Origin: Polyangiales bacterium
Lineage (GTDB): Bacteria; Myxococcota_A; Polyangia; Polyangiales; Ga0077539
Reading direction: 5' to 3'
NCBI GenBank assembly: GCA_044229975.1
Contig: JBGARZ010000025.1
Coordinates: 1 to 64,000, forward strand
Length of the DNA: 64,000 bases
Position numbers and translations under genes: made by a program. Shown piece after piece: positions 47,795 to 56,944 of this stretch; position 1 is the stretch's first letter; each line of letters starts with the position of its first letter. The notes under the pieces were generated by a model. That model worked only from the letters and a program-made list of their open reading frames with translations. It was not told the origin of the DNA and ran no database searches.

Positions 47795-48442
47795 TCAGCG
47801 CGTTGATCGGATCGCGGACTCCACCTGCACCTGGAAGGCACGCGGTTCGAGCTCGGGCGCGCCTCCAGGCGGGATCTGGTGGAGCTGGTGCATCCAAAAG
47901 CTGGGGGTGGGGATCGTCGCATCCCATCGCGTGCTGCGCTGGTAGACGAGATAGACGTCCCAGGCGATGCCGTGGGTGCGCCCCGGCTCGAAACGGGACG
48001 GAGGGATCGCCAGAACCTGCCCGAGGGTCAGGCCGAACGCGTTCGTTCGATCCCAATAGTGCTGCACATGAGGGTCGTGGAAACGCGACGCCGATGCGCG
48101 GGCGGCAGCCTCGTTGTCCTCGTCGAGCACCGGCAGCCAGACCACGTAGGCGCGCAGGTCCGACGCGCTGACCCGGCCCATCACGTCGTTGAGGACCACG
48201 GTGGCGCCGCGGATACAGTTCCCACAGGTTGGGGAGACCACGAGGAGGAGACGCGGATGTCCGGAATCTCGCGCGAAGTCAGCGCGCAGTGCCTCGTAGT
48301 TTTGGTCGAGCACGGTGACGCGAGTGCCGGTCGGCGTGGCGCCCGTCCGTCGGCACCCCGCTCCGTCGAGCGTGAGGAGGACGACGAAGAGCGTCCCAAC
48401 GAATCGGACGAAGCCAGCCCCCCAACGCGCGTGTCGTCGCAT
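47795..48442 (-). CDS. exported thioredoxin-fold protein (CxxC)
   Basis: Signal/lipobox (GAGC); VSPTCGNC; AWDVYLVY; WMHQL. Confidence 0.7.
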   Translation of the reverse strand: MRRHARWGAGFVRFVGTLFVVLLTLDGAGCRRTGATPTGTRVTVLDQNYEALRADFARDSGHPRLLLVVSPTCGNCIRGATVVLNDVMGRVSASDLRAYVVWLPVLDEDNEAAARASASRFHDPHVQHYWDRTNAFGLTLGQVLAIPPSRFEPGRTHGIAWDVYLVYQRSTRWDATIPTPSFWMHQLHQIPPGGAPELEPRAFQVQVESAIRSTR

Positions 48443-48545
48443 CCGACCGTCCTGCACGAGCCGTCCATATCCGCCCCTCCTCACTGTGGGCAAGTCGCCG
48501 TCGAGCGTTCTTGACGCCTGCCATTGATTGCAACATACAAGCATT

Positions 48546-49016
48546 GTGACAGCCGCCCGCTTCGCTGCCCTCGCGAGCCGAGTCGCCCGCGGCATCTCTC
48601 GCTTGGAGCGCGACGAGATCTGCTGCGGCGACCTGACCCTCCAGCAGTTCGAGACGCTCCGGGCGCTGCGCGCCACGGGCCCGCTCACGCTCGGCGCCGC
48701 AGCGAAGGCGCTCGGTATCGACCTCTCAACCGCGAGCCGGAACCTCGCCCTGCTGGTGAAGGGCGCCTACCTCACGCGTCGGCGCGGCAAGGAGGACGCC
48801 CGCCAGGTGACCTTCGCGCTCTCGAAGAAAGGCACCGCGCGACTGGACTCGCTCTGCTGCGACGAGCGGCTCGTGTTCGCGGCCGTCCTCGCGCGCCTGC
48901 CGACTGGCCAGCGCACCGCCGTCGAAGAGGCGCTTGAACTGCTCGCCGCCGCGCTCGCCGAGGAGAGTCCCCGTGAAACGTCCACCTGCTGCGCCCCGGG
49001 CACGAGCTGCGAGTGA
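48546..49016 (+). CDS. MarR-family regulator with three vicinal Cys pairs
   Basis: LTLQQFETL...IDLSTASRNL...EDARQV; ICC, LCC, TCC; GTG start assumed. Confidence 0.85.
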   Translation: MTAARFAALASRVARGISRLERDEICCGDLTLQQFETLRALRATGPLTLGAAAKALGIDLSTASRNLALLVKGAYLTRRRGKEDARQVTFALSKKGTARLDSLCCDERLVFAAVLARLPTGQRTAVEEALELLAAALAEESPRETSTCCAPGTSCE

Positions 49017-49765
49017 GCGACACGCCCAAACCCGGACTGCCCACACCCGCCCGACGGTTCGTTGCCGAGGCGCTCGGCACCGCGATGCTCCTGGCTACTG
49101 TGGTCGGCTCGGGCATCATGGCCGAGCGGCTCGCGGGCGGTAATGTCGCCATCGCCCTCCTCGCCAACACGGTTGCGACGGGCGCTGGCCTCGTCGCCCT
49201 GATCCTCACCTTCGGGTCCGTCTCGGGCGCGCACTTCAACCCTGCCGTCACGCTCGCAGATGCCTCGCAGGGTGGCCTCCCGTGGCGTCTCGTTCCTGGC
49301 TACGTCGCTGCGCAGGTAATGGGCGCCTTCGTCGGCGTGGCGGCCGCGCACGGCATGTTCGACCTCCCGGTCTTTGCAGCCTCGACCCACGTCCGCGCGG
49401 GGGGCTCCCAGATCTGGAGCGAGTTCGTCGCGACGTTCGGGTTGCTCGCCGTGATCTGGGGTTGCGCGCGCCAGCGTCCGTCGGCTGTTCCCTTCGCCGT
49501 CGCGGCCTACGTGACAGCCGCGTACTGGTTCACTGCTTCTACCTCGTTCGCCAACCCCGCGGTGACGCTGGCGCGCGCCGCGACGGACACCTTCGCAGGC
49601 ATTCGACCCGCCGACGCGCCGGGCTTTGTCGTGGCGCAGCTCCTCGGCGCCGGAGCCGCCACCGCGCTCTTTCGCTGGCTCGTTCCGGCGCTCCCCGAGG
49701 TCGCACCGCGCATCGTCGTCGAGCACGGCGAACCGTCGGCGACCCGCCACAAGGACTCTCCATGA
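49013..49765 (+). CDS. arsenic-associated aquaglyceroporin (MIP)
   Basis: SGAHFNPAVT and SFANPAVT NPA boxes; coupled to arsC. Confidence 0.9.
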   Translation: MSDTPKPGLPTPARRFVAEALGTAMLLATVVGSGIMAERLAGGNVAIALLANTVATGAGLVALILTFGSVSGAHFNPAVTLADASQGGLPWRLVPGYVAAQVMGAFVGVAAAHGMFDLPVFAASTHVRAGGSQIWSEFVATFGLLAVIWGCARQRPSAVPFAVAAYVTAAYWFTASTSFANPAVTLARAATDTFAGIRPADAPGFVVAQLLGAGAATALFRWLVPALPEVAPRIVVEHGEPSATRHKDSP

Positions 49766-50202
49766 AGACCGTCATCTTTGCCTGCGTCCACAACGCCGGC
49801 CGCTCGCAAATGGCCGCCGCGTTCTTCAACGCGCTCGCCGACGCCTCGAAGGCGCGCGCCCTCTCGGCAGGCACTACGCCTGGCGAGCGGGTCCACCCAG
49901 AGGTCCTCGATGCCATGCGCGAGGTGGGGATCGACCTCGCCGGGGCCCGGCCCCAGCGCCTGACCGACGAGCTCGCCCGGGACGCTCAGATGCTCATCAC
50001 GATGGGCTGCGGCGACGCCTGCCCCGTTGTCCCCGGGCTCCGGCGCGACGACTGGCCACTGGAGGACCCGAAGGGCAAGCCAGTGGAGCGCGTGCGCGAG
50101 ATCCGCGACGAGGTGAAGTCGCGCGTGGAGACGCTGCTGCGCGCCGAAGGCTGGCAGCAAGAAGGGGTTGAGGTCGGGTCGGGCGGAGGGATCTCGGAAT
50201 GA
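49762..50202 (+). CDS. arsC: arsenate reductase (LMW-PTPase fold)
   Basis: [27 protein letters not shown]. Confidence 0.92.
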   Translation: MKTVIFACVHNAGRSQMAAAFFNALADASKARALSAGTTPGERVHPEVLDAMREVGIDLAGARPQRLTDELARDAQMLITMGCGDACPVVPGLRRDDWPLEDPKGKPVERVREIRDEVKSRVETLLRAEGWQQEGVEVGSGGGISE

Positions 50203-50954
50203 GTGACTTGCCCAACCTGTCCGAGGCTCACTTCGACCTGCCCGACCTCGCCCGCCTAGAGCCGGCCGAGCGAGCGACCCACCCGCCGCGTATCTTGTTG
50301 CTCTACGGCTCGTGTCGCGAACGCTCGTACAGCCGCTTGCTCACGCAGGAGGCCGCGCGGCTACTCGACCGCCTGGGTGCTGAGACGCGCATCTATGACC
50401 CGCGCGGGCTACCGCTCCCCGATAGCGTGCCTGCCACCCACGAGAAGGTCGTCGAGCTGCGCGAGCTGTCGCTGTGGTCGGAGGGGCAGGTGTGGTGCAG
50501 CCCCGAGCGCCATGGCGCGATGACCGGCGTATTCAAGTCCCAGATCGACTGGCTGCCGTTGGAGATGGGGAGTCTGCGTCCGACGCAGGGCCGCACGCTC
50601 GCGGTGATGCAGGTGTCGGGCGGGTCGCAATCCTTCAACGCGGTCAACGCGCTGCGGGTGCTGGGGCGCTGGATGCGGATGGTGACGATCCCCAACCAGT
50701 CGTCGGTGGCCAAGGCGTTCCAGGAGTTCGACGAGTCGGGCCGGATGAAGCCGTCGGCGTACTACGACCGTGTCGTCGATGTGATGGAGGAGCTGTTCAA
50801 GTTCACGCTGCTGGTGCGCGACCGCGCGGACTACCTCGTGAGCCGTTACAGCGAGCGCAAGGAGGCCACTGCGAAGAGCGAGGCCGCGCGCCTGGCAGCG
50901 GTCGCGATGGCGCACGAGGCACCCGCGGGAGGCGCAACCGGTCGATCGACCTGA
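50199..50954 (+). CDS. arsH: arsenical resistance flavoprotein ArsH
   Basis: [45 protein letters not shown]. Confidence 0.95.
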   Translation: MSDLPNLSEAHFDLPDLARLEPAERATHPPRILLLYGSCRERSYSRLLTQEAARLLDRLGAETRIYDPRGLPLPDSVPATHEKVVELRELSLWSEGQVWCSPERHGAMTGVFKSQIDWLPLEMGSLRPTQGRTLAVMQVSGGSQSFNAVNALRVLGRWMRMVTIPNQSSVAKAFQEFDESGRMKPSAYYDRVVDVMEELFKFTLLVRDRADYLVSRYSERKEATAKSEAARLAAVAMAHEAPAGGATGRST

Positions 50955-50973
50955 TGGTGGTCTCGCTGGGTCG

Positions 50974-51309
50974 TCAGGGCGCCCTACGAGGGCCGAGGAC
51001 GATGATCGCCATCCCGCCGACCGTCACGACGAGCCCGAGCAAGTCCCAGCGCGTCGGGCGTTGGCCCTCGACCAGCCAGAGCCAGAGCACCGCCACGGCG
51101 ACGTAGACGCCCCCGTACGCCGCGTACGTGCGGGCGGCGCCCGTCGGGTGGAGCGTCAGGAGCCAGGAGAACACCGCGAGGCTCAGCGCCGCGGGGACCA
51201 GCCACCACGCGGATCGGCCCTGCCGCAGCCAGAGGTACGGGAGGTAGCAGCCGAGGATCTCGGCCACCGCCGTGACGGCGAACAGCCCGGTCGTTCGCAG
51301 GAGGTTCAA
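50974..51309 (-). CDS. ynfA: YnfA (UPF0060) small multidrug-like membrane protein
   Basis: [31 protein letters not shown] overlaps the MerR stop. Confidence 0.88.
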   Translation of the reverse strand: MNLLRTTGLFAVTAVAEILGCYLPYLWLRQGRSAWWLVPAALSLAVFSWLLTLHPTGAARTYAAYGGVYVAVAVLWLWLVEGQRPTRWDLLGLVVTVGGMAIIVLGPRRAP

Positions 51310-51704
51310 GTGCGACCTGCACGCAGGCGTCGCGGCGCCGCGGAGAGCACCTGGCATGCGCCTGCGTCGCAGCGTTCCAGGGTCTGGGTCAGTCGGCGAC
51401 GCACCGCGCGCAGCTCGCGGAGCTGGGCGTCCACCCGCGCGAGCGTCTCCTCGAAGCGGCCCCGCTCGCTGGCGCAGCTCGCGTCGCCCGCGTCCGCCGC
51501 GTGCAGGAGTGCGACGACATCGTCGAGGGTGAGGCCGAGCGCCTGGAGGCTCTTCACGAACGCGATCCGCGCGACGTCCGCCGCGCCGAACGTGCGGTAC
51601 CCCGACGACGTCCGCGGCGCGTGCCCGAGGACGCCGCGCCGCTCGTAGAAGCGCACGGTGTCCACGCTGACGTTCGCTTCCTGCGCGAGTTGTCCGATCT
51701 TCAT
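51306..51704 (-). CDS. MerR-family metal-responsive regulator
   Basis: MKIGQLA...TVRFYERRG...SGYR; Cys in the C-terminal region. Confidence 0.92.
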   Translation of the reverse strand: MKIGQLAQEANVSVDTVRFYERRGVLGHAPRTSSGYRTFGAADVARIAFVKSLQALGLTLDDVVALLHAADAGDASCASERGRFEETLARVDAQLRELRAVRRRLTQTLERCDAGACQVLSAAPRRLRAGRT

Positions 51705-51733
51705 CGCTGTCTCCGAGGGGTGGGGACCAGAGT

Positions 51734-51765
51734 TTGACCCTGGAGTGGGCTCCAGGGTCCAGCCT
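51734..51765 (+). promoter_or_regulatory. MerR-type promoter/operator
   Basis: -35 TTGACC; perfect inverted repeat GACCCTGGAG-TGGG-CTCCAGGGTC (51736-51759); long 19-20 bp spacer. Confidence 0.85.
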
Positions 51766-51775
51766 CGTAGGCGAG

Positions 51776-52192
51776 ATGGTTTCCACCCTGTTCAGTTCGT
51801 CCGCTCGCTGGGTGCCGTGGATCGCCGCGCTCGCCCTGAGCTGCTCCCGAGGAGGTTCCGCGATGCAATCTGATTCGATTCCTGTCGCCTGCGTTCCACG
51901 AGCCCTCAGCCGCGAGGAGCGCGACCGTTCGCGAGACCTCCGTCGCGAGCTGGCAGCGGCGACGGTGGAGACGCTGAGCCTGTCGGGCGGCTACTCGTAT
52001 CGCTACCGCGCGGACGCTGACGTGTTTCGTAAGGCCGCCGAGTGGGTGACGTTGGAGCGGCGCTGCTGCCCGTTTCTGACGTTCACCTTGCGCTGGGGAG
52101 CGGGCGACGCGGCGCCGTGGCTCGACCTGACCGGCCCCGCAGGGACGCGAGAGTTCCTCCGCGCGGAGATGCCTGAACTGCCCAGGGAGTGA
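51776..52192 (+). CDS. MerR-regulated hypothetical protein (ERRCCPF motif)
   Basis: Directly downstream of the MerR operator; PVAC and [10 protein letters not shown]. Confidence 0.75.
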   Translation: MVSTLFSSSARWVPWIAALALSCSRGGSAMQSDSIPVACVPRALSREERDRSRDLRRELAAATVETLSLSGGYSYRYRADADVFRKAAEWVTLERRCCPFLTFTLRWGAGDAAPWLDLTGPAGTREFLRAEMPELPRE

Positions 52193-52206
52193 CCGCGCAG
52201 TGGCGA

Positions 52207-52743
52207 TCACGCCGCGGGCTTCGTACCGAGCGTGGCGGCACATCCCAGAAGCAGACCGACGCCCGCGGCGATCACCCCGAGTGTGCCGAGCCCGATGCAC
52301 CCGAGGCTGCTGGCGAGGAACGCCACCCCGACCGCCGCGGCTCCGCGCGGTAGGCGGTCCTGTGCGCGCAGGCCGCGCACGCCGATCCAGGCGCCCGCGG
52401 CGAGACCGGCAGCGAGGCAGATCGCCGTGCAGGCCGAGAGCAGCTGGCCGTTTGCGCAGTGGGGTGCGGCCCGGGCCGCGATGAGGCCCGCCAGCAGGGG
52501 GAGGGTGCCGGTGACGAGGCCGTCCGTGACGCTCTCGACGCCGCGACGGCTGCGCCACCGGAGGAGCACGCTCACGACCACGAGTACGACGCCCAGGCAT
52601 CCGCACGCCTCCCGTTGTCCGGTCGCAAGCGCGCAGACGAGACTCATTGGGACGAGGTACAGCGACGCGCGCGCGGCGACGCGCAGTCGCCCGAGCTCGT
52701 AGGCGCGCAGCCCGCTGGCCATGAGCTGTTCACGGTTCACCAT
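52207..52743 (-). CDS. Cys-rich membrane protein, putative anti-sigma factor
   Basis: Overlaps the ECF sigma 3' end; several TM helices with Cys. Confidence 0.65.
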   Translation of the reverse strand: MVNREQLMASGLRAYELGRLRVAARASLYLVPMSLVCALATGQREACGCLGVVLVVVSVLLRWRSRRGVESVTDGLVTGTLPLLAGLIAARAAPHCANGQLLSACTAICLAAGLAAGAWIGVRGLRAQDRLPRGAAAVGVAFLASSLGCIGLGTLGVIAAGVGLLLGCAATLGTKPAA

Positions 52744-53263
52744 GGATGCTCCTCCAGAGTCCGCGCAGTCGATCGAGCGCGCGCTGCTTTCGTTTGCGAA
52801 GGGTGGGGCCAACGCCATCGACGGGACCCGACAGGCCCAGGGCGCGCCGATCCTCCTCGGAGAGTTCGCCCAGCGCGAGCTCCAACGCGGTGGCGAGCGC
52901 GCGTTGATGAAGCTGTTCCTCCTGCGAGTCGGCGGGGTCGGGCACGCCCGAAAGCGACTCGTCGCTGGGCACCTCCCGGCGGCGTTGGACCCGGCGACGG
53001 TGCGTCATGATCTCGTACCCCGCGATCCCGAACGCCCACGAGAGCGCGTCGCGGGATCGGTCGAAGTCCCCCGTGCGTGAACAGATTCGGAGGAAGACGT
53101 TCTGGGCGACGTCTTCGGCGTCGGCCTCGTTTCCCACACCACGTTGAGCGAAGGCGAGAATCACCGGCCAGAGCTCATCGAGCAGGACGGGAAAGGCGGC
53201 CCGGTCCCCATCGGAGAGCCGCACCATCGCGTCGTGGATGGCTCTTCGACGGGCTGCGTCCAT
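52730..53263 (-). CDS. ECF sigma-70 factor
   Basis: GDRAAF, DAEDVAQNVF, WAFGIA, region-4-like C-terminus. Confidence 0.85.
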   Translation of the reverse strand: MDAARRRAIHDAMVRLSDGDRAAFPVLLDELWPVILAFAQRGVGNEADAEDVAQNVFLRICSRTGDFDRSRDALSWAFGIAGYEIMTHRRRVQRRREVPSDESLSGVPDPADSQEEQLHQRALATALELALGELSEEDRRALGLSGPVDGVGPTLRKRKQRALDRLRGLWRSIHGEP

Positions 53264-53441
53264 GGGCGCTTCATCCTATCGGGGACGCCGCCGGGTCGGC
53301 GCGGAACCCGATGTCTCCGCTACGGTAGGCGGCTGCCCGGGAGGCGTGACCCGGATTTCGCGCACCCGTTGGGTCACGATGGCGTCGGGCTCCGCCTAGT
53401 GGTCGCGAACGACCCGCATCGGGTCTGTCACGGAGCTGCGC

Positions 53442-53765
53442 ATGCACACGACTGAAAACAAACCGAAGCCCGAACCGATCTTGTCGAAGCGTCGCCTCGG
53501 GTGGGCTGGAATCGCGGCATTCATCGGTTGCGCGGCCTGCTGCGCGCTTCCCCTGCTCGTGCTCGCCTTCGCCGGTACCGGGGCATCCGCGATGGTTGCC
53601 AGGGTCGTGAGACCGGGCACCGAGTTGGTCGTCGGCGTCGTGGTCTTTGCCGTCACGCTCGGGGCGCTGGTGATTCGAGGACGCACTACGGTGACGCGAG
53701 GATGCGGACCGACCTGCAAGACCGACGGCAGTTGCTGCGGCGGAGTGAGCAGCGCCGGAGCGTGA
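53442..53765 (+). CDS. small membrane metal-binding protein (MerT/MerC-like)
   Basis: TM motif GCAACCALP; C-terminal CGPTC...CC. Confidence 0.65.
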   Translation: MHTTENKPKPEPILSKRRLGWAGIAAFIGCAACCALPLLVLAFAGTGASAMVARVVRPGTELVVGVVVFAVTLGALVIRGRTTVTRGCGPTCKTDGSCCGGVSSAGA

Positions 53766-53813
53766 GACGCTCGACCCCGAGGACGGGTTGACGAGCCTGG
53801 CCTAGCGACTCTT

Positions 53814-54182
53814 TCAGTCGGACGTGGCGCTCGCCTTACGGATGCGCGCGTCGAGGTCGGGCGGGACGGGCATGCGCGCGAACGGGCTCACGTTGGAGCC
53901 GCCCGTGTTGCCGCGCGGAACCCAGCCGAAGGCCGTCTTCGTCGCGGCACCGACGATGCGCAGCACCTGCCCGGCGCACTCCCGCGCGTCCCGGTGCCGC
54001 AGCCCCCAGAGGAACATGCGCCAGTGGACGCGGACGTGCTCGACCGTTGAGGGCTGGCCCAGCACATGGGCCCGCTCCAGGCAGGCAAACGCCTCGGCGC
54101 CGCGCCCCTGCGCCTCAGCCTCGGCGGCGGCGAGGAGTTCGGCCTCGACGTACGGGCGGATGGCGCGGCGAAAGGACCTCAC
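53814..54182 (-). CDS. DUF3703 family protein
   Basis: LERAHVLGQ, HVRVHWRM, GNTGGSNVSPF..MPVPPDL. Confidence 0.8.
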   Translation of the reverse strand: MRSFRRAIRPYVEAELLAAAEAEAQGRGAEAFACLERAHVLGQPSTVEHVRVHWRMFLWGLRHRDARECAGQVLRIVGAATKTAFGWVPRGNTGGSNVSPFARMPVPPDLDARIRKASATSD

Positions 54183-54213
54183 GGACCGATCCTCCGAGGC
54201 TCTCGGTTCGTGG

Positions 54214-56409
54214 TCAAGGCGTCGGCCGCTCGGTTTGCACAGCCATCAGCCGTAGCCCGTTGGCGACCACGAGGAGCGTCGTGCCCATGTCGGCGAGCAC
54301 GGCCATCCACATCGTCGCCACGCCCGCGAGGGCCAGCACGAAGAACACCGCCTTGCTGCCGATGGCGAGCGCGAGGTTCTGCTTCAACACCGCGGCGGTC
54401 CGTCGGCTGAGGCGGATGAACTCCGGCAGCGAGCGCAGGTCGTCGCGCATCAGGGCCACGTCGGCGGTCTCGATCGCGGTGTCCGTGCCCGCGGCGCCCA
54501 TCGCGAAGCCCACGGTGGCGGCCGCCAGCGCGGGCGCGTCGTTGATCCCGTCGCCCACCATGCCGACGCTCCCGTGCGCCGCGCGCAGCGCCTCGATCGC
54601 GGCGCGTTTCTGCTCGGGGAGCAGTGCGCCGCGTGCATCGTCGATGCCCACTGCGCGCGCGATCGCCTCCGCCGTGACCTGGTTGTCGCCGCTCAGGAGG
54701 ACCGTTCGTACGCCCAGCGCGTGCAACTCGCGCAGCGCCAGCACGCTGGTCTCGCGGGGCGCGTCGGCGACGGCGAGCACGGCCAGCGCCGAGGTGCCTC
54801 GCACGAGCACGGCGGTCGTTCGGCCTTGAGCCTCCTGCGCCCTCAACGCGGCTTCGACGTCAGGACCACACGCTCCCAATTCCTCGGAGAACCGTTGATT
54901 GCCGAGGGCATATGCCTCGCCGCCGATGCGCCCCCGCACGCCTCGCCCCGGCACGGCGGCGAAGTCTTCCACTGGGTCGAGGTTGTCCGACCAGGCCGCG
55001 GTGATGGCGCGCGCGACGGGGTGGTCCGAGCCCGCGTCGAGGCTTGCGGCGAGGCGCAAGGCCTGGTCGCGAGTGCCGACCAGGACGGCGACCTCCACCA
55101 GCCGTGGCCTGCCCTCTGTGATCGTTCCGGTCTTGTCGAACGCCACGACCGCGAGCCCGCGGCCCTGCTCCAGGTGGACGCCGCCCTTCACCAGGATCCC
55201 GCGTCGCGCCGCGACCGCGAGCCCGCTCACGATGGTGACGGGGGTGGAGATCACGAGCGCGCAGGGGCAGGCGATCACCAGAAGCACCAGCGCCTTGCCC
55301 AGCCAGACCGACAGGGGCTGGTGGAAGAGCAACGGCGGGAGGACGGCGACCAGCGCCGCCAACCCGAAGACGGCGGGCGTGTAGCGCTGCGCGAAGCGGT
55401 CCACGAAGCGCTGCGTGGGCGCGCGCTGCGCCTGGGCCTCCTGCACGCTGCGGACGATGCGGGCGAGGGTGGTGTCGTCGCGGCCGCCCGTGGTGCGGAA
55501 CTCCAGGAGCCCCTCGCCGTTGATCGATCCGGCGAAGACCGCGTCACCCACGCCCTTGGCGACCGCGGTGCTCTCACCAGTGATCGGTGCCTGATCGACC
55601 GACGAGTTCCCCGCCGTGACCACGCCGTCCAGGGGCAGACGCTCGCCCGGCCGTACCCGTACAACGGTGCCCGCGGTCACGCGCGCGGCATCCGTCTCGC
55701 GCCACGCGCCGTCCTCGCCCTTCACGCTCGCCGTGTCAGGGCTCAGGGTCATCAGCGAGCGGACGGCGCGGCGCGCCCGATCAAGCGAGTACGCCTCGAC
55801 GAGCTCCGCGACCGCGAACAGAAACACCACGACGGCGGCCTCGGGCCACTGGCCTAGCGCAGCCGCGCCGAGCACGGCGGTGCTCATCAGGAGGTGGATG
55901 TTGAGCGTGACGGTGCGCAGGGCCGTCAGTCCCTTGCGCAGCGTTGGCAGTCCGCCGAGCGCGATGGAGGTCAGAGCCGCGGCGATGACCGGCGCGGAGG
56001 CCTCGCGTGCGCCCGTCCAGACGGCGGCCTCGGCGCCGAGCGCGAGCGCGCCCGCGGCGGCCAGCCGAGCCCACGTCTCGCGCGTCGCGACGACCCGCGC
56101 TGCGGCGGTTCGAGCCGGGGGTAGCGAGGCACGCGCGGGGGGCGCGCATCCCCCGCAGGCGTCGCCCGCGCAGCCCCCTGACCGAGCTGGTGCGTCCCCC
56201 TCGGGCGTCGGGGCCGGGGCCATGCCGACGTCGGCGAGGGCCGCAACGATTGGCGCGTCGGAGGCGAGGGCGTGGTCCACCGTCAGCCGCTGGTTGAACA
56301 GGTCGAACGCCAGGGAGGTGACCCCGGGGAGGGCGCCCAGGCGGCGGCGGATCACGGCCTCTTCCGCCGGGCAGTCCATCGCAGGGATCGTGTAGGACTG
56401 GCGGATCAT
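54214..56409 (-). CDS. P1B-type Zn/Cd/Pb-transporting ATPase (ZntA/CadA-like)
   Basis: MDCPAEE N-terminal metal-binding domain, TGES, CPC, DKTGT, HP, GDGINDAP. Confidence 0.95.
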   Translation of the reverse strand: MIRQSYTIPAMDCPAEEAVIRRRLGALPGVTSLAFDLFNQRLTVDHALASDAPIVAALADVGMAPAPTPEGDAPARSGGCAGDACGGCAPPARASLPPARTAAARVVATRETWARLAAAGALALGAEAAVWTGAREASAPVIAAALTSIALGGLPTLRKGLTALRTVTLNIHLLMSTAVLGAAALGQWPEAAVVVFLFAVAELVEAYSLDRARRAVRSLMTLSPDTASVKGEDGAWRETDAARVTAGTVVRVRPGERLPLDGVVTAGNSSVDQAPITGESTAVAKGVGDAVFAGSINGEGLLEFRTTGGRDDTTLARIVRSVQEAQAQRAPTQRFVDRFAQRYTPAVFGLAALVAVLPPLLFHQPLSVWLGKALVLLVIACPCALVISTPVTIVSGLAVAARRGILVKGGVHLEQGRGLAVVAFDKTGTITEGRPRLVEVAVLVGTRDQALRLAASLDAGSDHPVARAITAAWSDNLDPVEDFAAVPGRGVRGRIGGEAYALGNQRFSEELGACGPDVEAALRAQEAQGRTTAVLVRGTSALAVLAVADAPRETSVLALRELHALGVRTVLLSGDNQVTAEAIARAVGIDDARGALLPEQKRAAIEALRAAHGSVGMVGDGINDAPALAAATVGFAMGAAGTDTAIETADVALMRDDLRSLPEFIRLSRRTAAVLKQNLALAIGSKAVFFVLALAGVATMWMAVLADMGTTLLVVANGLRLMAVQTERPTP

Positions 56410-56432
56410 GGGACCTCGCTGGGGGCAGGACG

Positions 56433-56518
56433 CATGAACGACGATTGATGTGTCGTCGCGCTTGCGAAAAAGACGGGGCTAGGTACGCTCGCGACTCATG
56501 ATCAGTTCTTCATATGAT
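56433..56518. promoter_or_regulatory. SmtB/CadC-type operator boxes in the divergent promoter
   Basis: CATGATCAGTTCTTCATATG (56497-56516) and imperfect CATGAACGACGATTGATGTG (56433-56452); TTGCGA-16-TACGCT promoter. Confidence 0.65.
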
Positions 56519-56944
56519 GATTCCGTCACTTGTGCTCCGCAAGGCACGACCGCCCGCTGCCAGAACGCCTGCGGTCAGGTGTGCGACGTCGAGGTCATCC
56601 ACGCCGACGCGGTGCGCACCGCCCGGGCGGCCCTGCCCACGGCCTCCGAGCAGGCCGCGCTGGCGAAGCTGTTCTCGCTGTTCTCCAACCCGACCCGTAT
56701 GAACCTGCTGGTGGCGCTCCGCTCCGTCGTCGGTGCCGAGAAGCCCGAGCTCTGCGTGTGCGACCTCGTCGCGATCACCGGCGCGTCGCAGTCGATGGTG
56801 AGCCACCAGCTCGGCCTGCTCCGCGAGGCGAAGCTCGCCCTCAGCCGCCGTGCCGGGCGGTTGGTCTATTACCGACTCGCGGAGGGTCCGCTCGCTGCCC
56901 TGCTCGACGACGCCCTCCGGGCCGTCCGCAAGGAGGCCGCATGA
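56498..56944 (+). CDS. ArsR/SmtB (CadC-like) metalloregulator
   Basis: NPTRMNLL, ELCVCDL, SQSMVSHQL, VYYRL; Cys-rich N-terminus. Confidence 0.92.
   Translation: MISSSYDDSVTCAPQGTTARCQNACGQVCDVEVIHADAVRTARAALPTASEQAALAKLFSLFSNPTRMNLLVALRSVVGAEKPELCVCDLVAITGASQSMVSHQLGLLREAKLALSRRAGRLVYYRLAEGPLAALLDDALRAVRKEAA

Noticed and set aside
56530..56940. N-terminal extension of the 619-aa CzcB ORF
   Set aside because: Off-frame overlap with the ArsR/SmtB gene; ATG 56941 has an AGGAGG RBS and starts a lipoprotein signal.
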